A stretch of 57,563 nt of DNA, filler included, from Catajapyx aquilonaris (taxonomy: Eukaryota): assembly GCA_000934665.2 (NCBI GenBank). It is 3 parts of 3 records of this genome, joined end to end, with 100 filler letters (N's around TTAATTAATTAA, not from the genome) between each part and the next. Parts side by side here need not be neighbours in the genome. Positions count along the whole stretch, not along the records: positions 1 to 19,094 come from KZ539551.1; positions 19,195 to 38,375 come from JYFJ02006535.1; 1 more part is not named here. One strand, given 5' to 3'. The notes under the pieces are model-generated. The model had not been told where the DNA came from. It saw nothing but the letters and a program-made list of their open reading frames with translations, and made no database searches. Below are positions 14,448-25,700 of this stretch, in pieces; the stretch's first letter is position 1; every line of letters begins with the position of its first letter. The position numbers were made by a program, and so were the translations under genes.

Positions 14448-16499
14448 TGGCTCTGGGAATGCTTGCTATTGGAGTAGGAGGGTCTAGCAGGATATGGGGT
14501 AGTGGGTAAGAGGAAGGGGAGGGGGGAGGCAGGGGAGGGAAAGAAATTTCCATATGCGTTTTTTATTCCTTTCTACGACGTTGTTTCTTGGCATGGTGTG
14601 CAGAATTAACAAGGAGCATTGACTTACATCAGTATAAGGGAGGTGGGATGCAAATGGGACGAATTGTACAGAGACGTACTTGTTACGTTTTACTATGGAG
14701 TGCACTGTATTTTGGATGCTAGGAAATGTGTTGGAGCTGCCAAGTTGCCAGTATGGCAATGGAATGCTATCGCTTTTCTCTGTCACCCGCGGTGTCACCT
14801 TTGAAGGTCGTAAGGCGTCTTCCGACTGAATCTCGCACGGCAACTGACCCACGAACATGCGATTGATGAGTAACTAGTGGCCAGTTGTCACAGATATTAG
14901 AACCCTGCTGGTGACATGCTACATGCAAATAATAATCATGTCACGATGCCAACAATCAGATTTTGCATTATGCTTCCTGTGCACATGATGCTCATTACAT
15001 AAAAGATGACCGTTATGTAACTGCGCTAAAGTTGCCGACTTTCGAAACGTGGCATTTATTACACCAATAAAGCATGTTGAGAATTACGTAGTATGTCGCC
15101 TTAATTGGTTTATTCTGAAGCAATTAGAGGTGAATTAATACGTACAGTATATTGTGTACAAATCTACTGAGCGAGTATTGTTTTAGGCTACGTCAATGAT
15201 TACATGATTTCTACAATACAGTACACTACAGTATATACTTGTAGTGTATACTGTTGATGAGTATTAAAGTAATACCCACAGCGTTAAAATATTTAAATAT
15301 TCTTTACTCCCAACATGCAATTGACTAGTTCATATAATGTAGAAGGAATTAGGGGAGTACTGAGATATTGACAATGACTGTGCCATCTGACGTCGTCGTT
15401 CGCAACTGTCGTTTCGCAGTGGCACCGACGGTAGATGTCAACACCGAGCAGATGTCGGGGATAAACTAGTCGCGAAACCACGCGGCAGTTGGCACCACCG
15501 CAAAATGGTAAAAGACTGGGCGCAAAAATCAAGTTGCAGAAAAAACGCGCGTCCAATTTTTTTTTGTGTGTACCGAGACATGATGCTGGAAAATGCCGGC
15601 CGGTCATCGCTCCTAGACGCGGAAAAAGCTGCTGACCTTGCAGGCGTAGGTGGTTATTCCAATCCCCTGGCACCATGGTCATCCACATGTTTACAAAGCA
15701 TCGGAAGTGGGCTACAACACACCAGCCAACCAACAACAACAAAAAAAGGGCATCATTTGCCATTCTGGTAATCATATCTGGTTAATAAAGTCTGCAGACG
15801 GCCCTTTGACGGCCTCGATTTATGTACTATCGGGTCGGAGGAGGTTACTTGCTGCTAATAAGTTTTCAAGGGCACACGTGATCTCAGAAGACAAGATTCG
15901 GACAAGAGGTCGTCAATCGCTGTACACGCTTCGTAGCATAATAACGTATGACCTCTCATGGTTATTTGGCAAGGAATGTATGCTAGTACAAGTCTCGTGG
16001 CGAATGTACGGAAGAGAAGATAAAGGTATAGAGTCAAGGCTTCGTGGGCTCTGTATCTCAAGGTTACGACCCCCTGTCGGAGGGGCCTCATGGAGGTCAA
16101 CGGAAAGGCGCCACGGCGCTAAAAATACGGTCGTCGGGATTAGATAAGGCGGGTTAGTAATTATTTAATATACACTCGATGTGGGCAGTTGCCCAGATAT
16201 ATTCGCCAAATTCTGGATCGTATTTTATGTGGATGATTTACCAATTCCTCCCGCACACTTTGGGCGCATCTGGTCGTGTTATTCGGCTCACTACACTTGG
16301 GTGCTTTTAAACTGTAGTTGTGGTTGGTACTGTACAGTACAGTACACCCAAGTGAGGTTAAATATGCGTGTAGTTCACCAGAGAAAATAATGTTGATTTA
16401 ATGGAACAGGCTGATTTGGGATGAACGATAAAATATTAATACCATCAGCATGCAGAATATTCTATGTCTTTTGTCAGTGATTTGCACTCTGTGTCAGGT

Positions 16500-16500
<1 letters not shown>

Positions 16501-16568
<68 letters not shown>
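16501..16568. repeat. (TAA)n microsatellite
   Basis: About 22 perfect TAA units. Confidence 0.97.
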
Positions 16569-18348
16569 GCTTAACACGTATTATTAAGCAGGTGCTTCAA
16601 CATGTTCTGTTATTTATTGTTTACTGGTCCGATAAGATAATGCGAGTGTACGTGTTGAAGGTGTTGTTATCTTTTTAATTTGTAATTTTCCCATGCGCTT
16701 TGTAATGCGGGTTAGGTCAGGTGAAAAATTAACCGATACTATAGTTGAGCTTGTCCGGAAGATAGCCCTCCTTGACATTATACTGTACTACACGACTCGT
16801 ATCACACAGATAGCAAGTCACCGATATGTGTTCTTGATGGTAGTGTTCGAACTTTTATCGGTAAGATTGTCCACGGAGGAAAAATATGCCACCAGCAGCC
16901 GATGTAGGACTGCAAAGTAGGTTAATACATAATTATGTATCTATAAGCTCATTGCCGTGCTTGTACTATGTTGTCATATCAGCTTCTCAGGAGAGGGTTA
17001 TGTAATATGATAGGAAGATTTTGTGCATGTGTATGCGGCGTTAAAATGTATGCAGAATATTTTTCTGGTGAGCGTATGATACAAGGTGCGCCTAAGCACC
17101 TTATGCTGTAAACCCAGCATTCATTTTAGATATTTGTCACTATCTACATCTCTCCTTGGATACAAACCTGCACCACGTTCATGCCTGCTGTGACATTTTC
17201 TGAATTGCATGAAAGGTTTTGCTGACAGTTTTATACAACGTTAACGAGGAATTTACTGAACCACGCGTCAGCATTTGGGGGAGTTAGGCATGTTAGCTTT
17301 AGCTGCCTATAGGGATGGATGCTATATTTTGTTACCACCTGCCAAATAAAATAACACTGTAGTCAGTGAGATGAGTAAAATGTTAAAAGTGTAGTTTACA
17401 TAAGGCGGAATTGGCCAGAGCGAAAGTGCGAATAATATGATGTGTCATTGAACTGACACGTAAAGACGAAAATCAAGGCTAATGTACTGGTAGGTATGCC
17501 AATGAATTTTGTCATGATTAACATACTGACCTAGACGTCACTGACGTTGGCGGGTGAGTGTGCTTTTGAGATAGGTCAGGTTTTATTCATTAGTCTGAGA
17601 CAACGTACTTGTCTCGAAAGCCATAAATTACTATTATCTAGGACATCCCTAGCTTGGTAGTGTCAAAAATGGCTTAAATGATGTGCTTAGCAGAGCGGAG
17701 GATTTATTTTAACTGACACGTTATTACACCCCTGCGTGCTTGGATTTAGAGCCAGATAATCTTCTTTGTATAAACTCCCGGTCGTAGAAACGGAAGCGGC
17801 TGCTGCAAATACTCAATTGGACTTTAGGTTGGTAACCTTATGTTGTTTGAGGAATCATGTTACTTCCTGTTGATTCATTTAAAAAAAGTTCGTTCACTTG
17901 TTGCGCGATGTCAGACTATCGTAACCGGCCTTTAAATTCGCCAACTTAACCCTGCTCCAAACTGTTCCAAAGATGACTTGTACTGATCTGAGAGTTGATG
18001 CGCATTGGCAACCACTGCTACGTGTCTATTTCACATTCGGATCGATTGCAATTCCAGATTGTTTGTACTCGTGCTTTAAAAATAGCCATCCCTACTCGAC
18101 TCCATGGTATGAAAAGTAGCTCACTATACTGTTTGATATGCCATTTTGGGAAGGTCCTAGCTGATTATCTCCCCCAAATACACCACACCGGCTACCTGTA
18201 GATTGCATGATACAACTCGATAGACTGTCTAAATTTAGGCCTAAAATATTGTTGACTAGCAGGAGGAAGCGGATATCCTCCAGCTTGAATCGCCACGAAC
18301 GAATTCCAATAACCGGTCGTCCGGTCCAAAAAATATTCGAAAATGTAC

Positions 18349-18399
18349 CTTCTCCATGGCGCAGTTGTGTTCTCCTCCACAGACTCCGTTGTCTCTCAT
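18349..18399 (-). CDS. Distal first coding exon of the NDRG-like gene: (MRDNGVCGGEHNCA)MEK
   Basis: gccATG GAG AAG|GTACAT phase-0 donor, with an in-frame upstream ATG at 18399. An arthropod initiator TCAGT lies at 18449-18445 in a GC-rich promoter-like region. Splicing gives MEKKHIVSTERCG. Confidence 0.6.
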
Positions 18400-19094
18400 A
18401 TACCCTGGGAACAACTCGATCAGTGGACACACCCGTTCACTCTCACTGACTGCCTCCACTCGACTAAACCCAAATCAGCGCGCGGATTTTTCTGTCTTTC
18501 TGGTCCGCAACCGCAGCAGCAGCCAGCGCCTGCAATCTGCTTTTCCCCCCCACACACACTCACACACACATGCCACATCCAACTCCTCCCCGGAGCAGCA
18601 GACTCACCCCAGCCACACCACCACACCCCTCCACAGCACCAGCCCTTATTCGCTTCAATACCATTCTTTTGTGCGTAGATATATAGAGGAGTTGCGGAAC
18701 CTTGTCCAGAGTTCATGTGGTTTCTAAAGGCCTTTTAATGTTCGGAGGTCGTCTTCATGAATTCATTTCAACAGCTATTCAGGTCTTCATTTTCGGTGCT
18801 ATTCTTTGCGGGTGGTATGTAGGGCACGGTGTATGCAGAGTTTTTATGCACGGTGGGTGTAAACTGGCTGGGAACGTCGATGTTGCTTGTAAGTGGCGGT
18901 AAAGTTGCTTACCTGGTGGGTGAAATGGCTAATTTGACCCTGTGGTGACTGTTGTGGGCATTTCGAAATACGAGGTTGGGGATTAAAGGCTTCAAGTTAG
19001 GAATCCGTGTCAGACTGCCAAGGATAGACCCTAATGTTTCCGATTGAAATTGGTCAACAGCGCAAAAGTTCAACCGGCATTTAGCTGTGGATGT

Positions 19095-19194
19095 NNNNNN
19101 NNNNNNNNNNNNNNNNNNNNNNNNNNNNNNNNNNNNNNTTAATTAATTAANNNNNNNNNNNNNNNNNNNNNNNNNNNNNNNNNNNNNNNNNNNN
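19095..19194. other. Artificial 100-bp contig linker (N44-TTAATTAATTAA-N44)
   Basis: A palindromic six-frame stop 12-mer centred in Ns; identical to the linker at 38376-38475. Confidence 0.97.
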
Positions 19195-19262
19195 GGGTAT
19201 ACAACAATCATGTTAAGTCGAGTTTTGGCCAGGTTTTGCACTGATTATGACCCCTGTGTTAT

Positions 19263-19309
19263 GCGACGTGGGCGACGTGGGCGACGTGGGCGACGTGGGC
19301 GACGTGGGC
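19263..19309. repeat. Tandem repeat (GCGACGTGG) x5
   Basis: Five consecutive 9-bp units. Confidence 0.93.
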
Positions 19310-19354
19310 AGGTGTGATAAAGCTATTCTTGAATCTATTTCAAAACTTATATTA

Positions 19355-19711
19355 TTATTTATTTATTTATTTATTTTTACCCCGTGCTAGGCATCAAAGG
19401 CCTCTGGGGGGTGGCACACCACCATCAGTTTTCTCTGTGTATTACACTTTTCTTCATTCACCGGTGCAAGGAGTCAAGGATGTCGGGTAAGGGTAGGGAT
19501 TTTTTGGGGAGGGAACATAGGTGCAAGTGCAATGTCTATAAAAATGGGTCATGTGCTGTCCCCCAGGAGGTTAGGTTGCCAGACACCTCCTTGGTGCAGG
19601 TCAGAGACCCTCCTGACGCAGGTGAAAGGAAAGTTCCCCAGGCGGGGATCGAACCTGGGGCCTTTCACTCAGCAAGCCGCGACGTTACCATCACGGCCAC
19701 CACACCTCCCC
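19355..19711 (-). mobile_element. tRNA-derived SINE with 14-bp target-site duplication
   Basis: Minus-strand head GGGGAGG..TGGCCGTGATGG (A box)..GGTTCGATCCC (B box) and a (TAAA)n tail. TSD caaaacttatatta at 19341-19354 and 19712-19725. Confidence 0.88.
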
Positions 19712-22700
19712 CAAAACTTATATTACCTGCGAGGTGTCATTAAATTTCCCGGAGAATTGCGTGTGTATGACGTCTCTGTAATACTCTGCACTTGCATTGT
19801 GGTTGTGTGAGTTTGTAAAGTTTGGTTTAGATTGTGCATAATGTTGATTACGTGATTACTTGTGTCATATTTTAAGCCGATTTTTCCCCATTGACTTGCG
19901 TCTCCTACAGCATATCTGGTTTACCCTTTTATACAGGGAAATCTTGTGTTGTGTCTTTGTTTACGATGGCATCTTAATCATGTGAATTCCTGCCTGTTAT
20001 GTGACCCGTAAGCAATATTGTTATACTTGATATAATATCTCATATAGTGAGCAGAATATTTTCCGGATTTATATGAGTTATCATTGTGACTGTTTTCATC
20101 CAGGTTTATCCAACACATTTTAGCCGCGTGAGCTAAACCTCATCGCCTGTTGCCTTTTTAATGTCTTAATTTAATGTTTCTTTTCAGGTACAGTAAGTTT
20201 CCCAACCAGGAAGGTTTTTGAGTCAGCATGAGAGAGGACATATGGAGGTCCCCCCCAGCAGAATTTTTCGGGTGCTAAGACTGTACACGGGGTCTGGCTG
20301 CTGCTGCTGCTCTCCTTAGCCAGGAATTCCCCTGTGAGGGCCTCACAGGCCAGAGTCCCAAGAAAGGAAATTAAAAATGGAAGAGGTAGGTAGGTTTAGT
20401 GGCGGCCTGGCGTTTATGGCTGTGGGAAACAAGATAAAAGCGAGCGAATGAGCTCCGCCGATTCGCGACAACTCGACCGAACGTCATCACCCCCTGGAGG
20501 AGGGAGGAAGGAGGAGGGGAACAGGAGGGTTCTGGGTTAGTTTGGGGGGGAGGAAGAGAAGCCATTTCAAAGAGGGTCGTCAGGAGAAAAGTGGCGCTGA
20601 ATTCTAAAGGGAATGGTCTGGGCTGGGAGGGCGTGGTCACGCACCTCACGTGACCGATCCCACCGGAAATAAGTCCTCCTATAACCCCCCCCCCCACCCT
20701 CCCACTCGAATCCCCCTCCCCCCATGTGCCTTACTACGGGCCAACTATGGGACATCATCTCGTATTCCATCAGGGAGCCCAGCTTGGGTAATCTCGCGAC
20801 CTTTTGTTGCCACCGACTGTAAAACTTCTATCGTTGCATTTTCCAACCGGTCCTCTTGGTTTCACTGCAAATATTTCACAAGCAACCTCATGAAATATTC
20901 CCAATATGTCCACATAATATTTACAAAAGTACAGAGTCTGAACTTATAATATATATGGTGCGATGTATAGACGCACATTTATTGCTGATGCAATAAGCAT
21001 GTCCTGTGCTTGGGATATTCGCTTATAGGAATTGGCTGTATAGGTTGGAAAGTGCGGTAGGTATCTGAGTCACGTAGGGCCGGAACCATAAGCAGACAGG
21101 GTTGGGGTTGTAGAATTTGCCTGAGAGTGGTAAGGATAGATTGGTGGAGGAAGAGTCAGCTGCGTAGAGTCAATGCGGACTCCCTCGTGATGGCTCGTAA
21201 GATGAGTTGGGAATGGAAATGGTGATGGTGGTTTGGAGGGGCCAAATGGAAAGGGGCGGAAAGGAGGAGGAGGGAGGGCACAGGGGGGCAGAGATCATCT
21301 CACCTTGCTGCCGCGGGATGAAGGCGAGCCCATAAAGCAGAGAAGTTGCGGGGCATATTTTTCCGTTCGGGCAGTGAATCAACCAAGGGGGAATTTAATA
21401 TCGGGTTTGCAACAGCGCGGATGATTTAGGCTGCCATTTGAATTTCAAGAGCCGGGCGCCGAGCGGGCTTAATCCTACAGGCAGAGATGTGAAGGAGGTT
21501 GGGGGGGGGGATGTAAGGTGTGTGGGGGAAGAAGAAGAAGAAGGGGGAAAAAACCTCATTCCTATATCGACTGTGGTACCGGTTATGGCGAAAGGTGCTC
21601 CGCCCTAAAGACGCGCCTTGGGAGGATAGGAGGCAATCTTTTTCTTCCTCATCATCCCTATACATTCAGGTTGTTAGAGAAGCAGTGCGAAGCTTAGCAA
21701 TTTGGCACTGTCTTAGACGGCAGAATATAGGAATTGACAGGAAAACGGAGTGATTAGGGTGTGCAAAGTTATTTGTGAAAACATGCGGTTGTCAGGAATG
21801 TTGACTAGCGAGCGACACACCCTTCAGGCCGATACCTGGGGGAGAGGGGAAAAAAAAGTCTAGTCTGCTGTGTGCTTCTCTTTTTCTGCTCGGGAATTAG
21901 GGAGAGAGACGCCATCATAAAAAATTCACTCCCATCCATCCCCGCAGGGACGTGTTCATTTCAGCTCCTCCCCCGGAAAAAGAGGAGCGATCTGTCTTGT
22001 GCTGGACAATAATTAAAGACGGGCATTCGTCTCCTTCCTGGGAGCTTTCTCTCTAGGCCACATGGGCTGTTGGGGGGTCCCCTAATTGGCAACTTGCAGG
22101 TTCAGGGCGGCCTGGTCCAGTGTTGCCGCACTCTTGCGCACGCTACTTGCTATCTAGCTCCTTTTTTTCCTCTCTTTTTGGGGGTGGGTATCTTCTCGAA
22201 TGCTGGAAGAGGGTCCTTGGCGTCGCCGTCGGGACGCCAGGCCTCGTCTTTATCGCTTCGGCTCTGCTGCCCAGGAGCCTAATCCCCAAGGTTTGCCTTC
22301 TCTTCTGTTCGTATACAGGCTCCCAGGCCTGTCGTCAACGGGACGTAGTTGTCCTGGGAGGCACATAGGGTAGCTCTCAAATCCTGCGGTCATGCGATTC
22401 ACAGTTCGTGAGATTCGTCAACAAGGTATTTACATGAATGTATGGATGACTTCTGAAACATTCTTTGCATTTGAGTCAGGTCACTATACGTGTGTAGTCA
22501 GTTGATGGTGCAGGAGGGTCAGGGGAAACCTTTTTCTGCTGATTTGATTTTATATATATGCGGAAGATATGCGATGGAAATTTTAAGAAGTCGGTGACGG
22601 CACTATAGCGATATTATCTTTAGTATGCTGCATATGTGCATTATTCTATGCTGGAAGAGCGTATGTGATGAGGGCAATTATTTATTTATACAATTGATTG

Positions 22701-25700
22701 ATTTCAGATCTCAATAAAAATGAGTTTCACTCCTTTATGTGCATCATAAATAAAATCTGGACAAAACTGTCTCGACCCACGGGAAAACAAACCTTGAATA
22801 TTACTTTTTAACGTGTTTTTCGTCATTCAGGATCTTTTTGAGGGCTTACTGTCACTGGTATTTTTCTTTTTGAGAAAGAAATACACCGGTACGTTATGAA
22901 TCTGCATAATTTTTGCTGACACTGCAGATATTCAGTTTATTATTCCTGATGTGTTAATGGCACTGCAAATTGCGACGTATCTTACGGAATTCATGCGCAA
23001 CTCACTGTCAGTGAAAATTCAATGAGACATTGACAATATTTGAGTTAACGGTTTCAATTACAAAACGGAATTCGCTAATACAGGCAATTTTTCCAATGCG
23101 GATAAGCCTCGATGAAATGCAATACTGGAGAATGTGACCAAAGTAGCCTAATGTTTCACGTGATTCACTCATTCAAGTAAGTCACTGTTCGACATTGTAT
23201 TTCCACATGGCTATCTCTTTCTCATGAAATGTGTTGCTCACTTCTCAACCAGTTGCTGTTAGCAGAATCAATGTTCTGTATGTATTATCCCAATAAAGTA
23301 TAACTAAATTACCCTACAAGTGTCCAAACCCTGCGCTTTTCCACCACACGCAAATGTAGAGCTTTGTTTTCCCCGTTATGAGACGGCATTAGCATTTTCT
23401 GAATTCCCTCCTCGTTGGACCGCGAAAACAAACTCTGTGCTATAAAAGTTGACTATATAGACACCAGAAAAAATAGCTTATTCCTTCTGACAACGGACTG
23501 TTTTCGTGATGACTTCAGGCTCTGGGAAACCCATTGCAATTTCTATGAATACGTTGTGCTGGTCTCCCAGCCATTCTTGCACCACAACAATGCTATAGAA
23601 CGCGGACAAGTATTTATGCCACCCAGTTGTCTGTATATTAGAAAACTGCAGGGGTGTCGCATAGGCACGACCATGCCCCTGCAAGTCAGTCGGTTCCGCC
23701 TGACAGAAGAGGCACTTTAGTTACCTAACTGTCCAGGATGAAAAAGTTGTCGGTCCCGGGGCTTCCCAAAGGTGGTGCAAGCAAGCGGATGCAGTTGATA
23801 AGTCCCCTCCCCATAGCCTATGCTCCCCCTAAACCTGGCGGAGAAAAAGAAGGATGGGGGGAACAAATGGGGCGAGTGACAAATACTTGTGCGGAGGTCG
23901 GCGGGGACGAGTTAGTTGTTTCATCCTCCTCTTCGACCCACCCACCGCACCATCTTTTCCTCTGCAGTCACCTGGACAAATGACGCTCGACAGACATCGG
24001 CCACTTCATCGGGTTTCGAGTTGGGAGGGTGGCGGGAGATAAATTCTTTTTTTATGAAGTGGAGCCATCCATTGGGTGCCCCACTCGACAGCACCCGGTT
24101 TTCAATAACAGGACAGTCACCACAGCTAACGGATGGCGCCGGGCGTTCATCAACGTGATTAATTGGGGCAATAAGCGCCAGCAGAGAGAGAGAGGGTGGG
24201 ATGAGAGCAGGGCTCCCCACCGCCCTTCCTCATCTGTCTCGTTGCCTGCATTGATGCTGCTGCACTGCTCGTGAACTCCGGACTTTTAATCATGCGAGTG
24301 ACATTGTGCGTTCATGATCACCAAAAATTTATGGGGGTCCTGTCATGTCAGGAGGGGGATGCCAACTGACTTATTGACTAGCTGAAAAATGTGTACCTTA
24401 GCCGGTTTTGCCAAAGATAATTCCGAAACCAATTTACACCAGGTCCTATATATGCGAAGGGCATATCACGTACGATGGCAATCACAAAGTTTATCTCATT
24501 TGTAGCCCGCATACGGATTGTAATACCGTAGATTGGGAATGGTTGGTCAGGCTAATTCGCCCCCCCCCCCTTTTTTTATGCTTTCCTATCTGAAAAGTGC
24601 TAAATGATCAAAAATGGTGCAAGTACGATATGGGTTGGGTCCCCTGTAGGGTACCCACCTCCAGCCAAACCCCGGAGTCAAAAAGCCGAGCCAACCCATT
24701 TTCCAGGGTGGCATGGGCGAACACCAATGATTGAATTCCCCTTCCAATCATGTATGGCAAATGAGGCGCCATCTCCCGGGAACGAGCACAATTACCGGGG
24801 CGCCGGCGGTGCCCATCATCGCGCCAAGATTGATCGCTCCAATTTGGCCTCCATTATTGGCGCCCGGGGGGCACGTGACGTCAGGCCCCTGCCGCCAATA
24901 TTAGCGCTCGGGGAGAGCTGCACGTCACTCAGTCGGGTTCCGGGGTGGGTGGCACTGGGGGCGGACGTTTTTTCCGCCGCGTTTTAAACGCCGTACCTGG
25001 GATTGGGTATCACCGCATAGGTTATAGGTACAGTTTCTAGCAGCATCTACCTCCGGCAGCAGCAGAAATACAGCGGTGGCACCCGAGGGACCCCATGAAA
25101 TAAATAGCCGCATCCGTGGCTGCTGGAGAGAGGGAGAGAGAGAGAGGGAAAGAGAGGGAAAGGGGGGGTCCCCCGGCCACGGACGGCGCTGGGGGGCCGT
25201 TTGCGCCGCGAAACCCGAAATTGGATTGGGCAACTTCAGGCCGGTTTATGGGACGGCGGCAGGCGATGGGACCCGTTTGCATACGTGGTGGTGGAGTTTG
25301 AGGGGAGGTGAGGGGGTGCTTCGAGGGGGCGGTGGGGTGCAGCTATGCGTTTTTTTCCATGTTGGTTGGTACAGTGGGGGGAAGATGCATTCTTTAAAAA
25401 TGGGTCCGAAAAATCCGACCTGGTAGAAAGTAAAAGAGGGGGGGGNCTATTTGGGAAGACAGGTAGCAAATGGGTGCATAGAAATGAGGGCCGGGTGTCA
25501 AAGGCAAAGGAGAGGCACTTGCCATTGTGGCGGGGGTTATTATTCACACCCCCTCTCCGGGCCCACTTTGGCACCCACCCTAATATGTTTGAGCATATTG
25601 GATGCCCCGGAGGCGATTTGTTTATTTCCGGGCGCCCCAGTTCGGAGGCGCACCTCCCATTTGTTTTCCCGCCAGCCCACAGTTTTTCTTTTGTTCGGGA

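Noticed and set aside
15650..16147. 165-aa plus-strand ORF
   Set aside because: Non-ATG start, no recognisable domain, antisense within an NDRG intron; consistent with chance.
19630..19711. tRNA-like A and B boxes (also 47073-47147)
   Set aside because: No acceptor stem or cloverleaf; both are embedded in TSD-flanked SINEs, so they are not tRNA genes.
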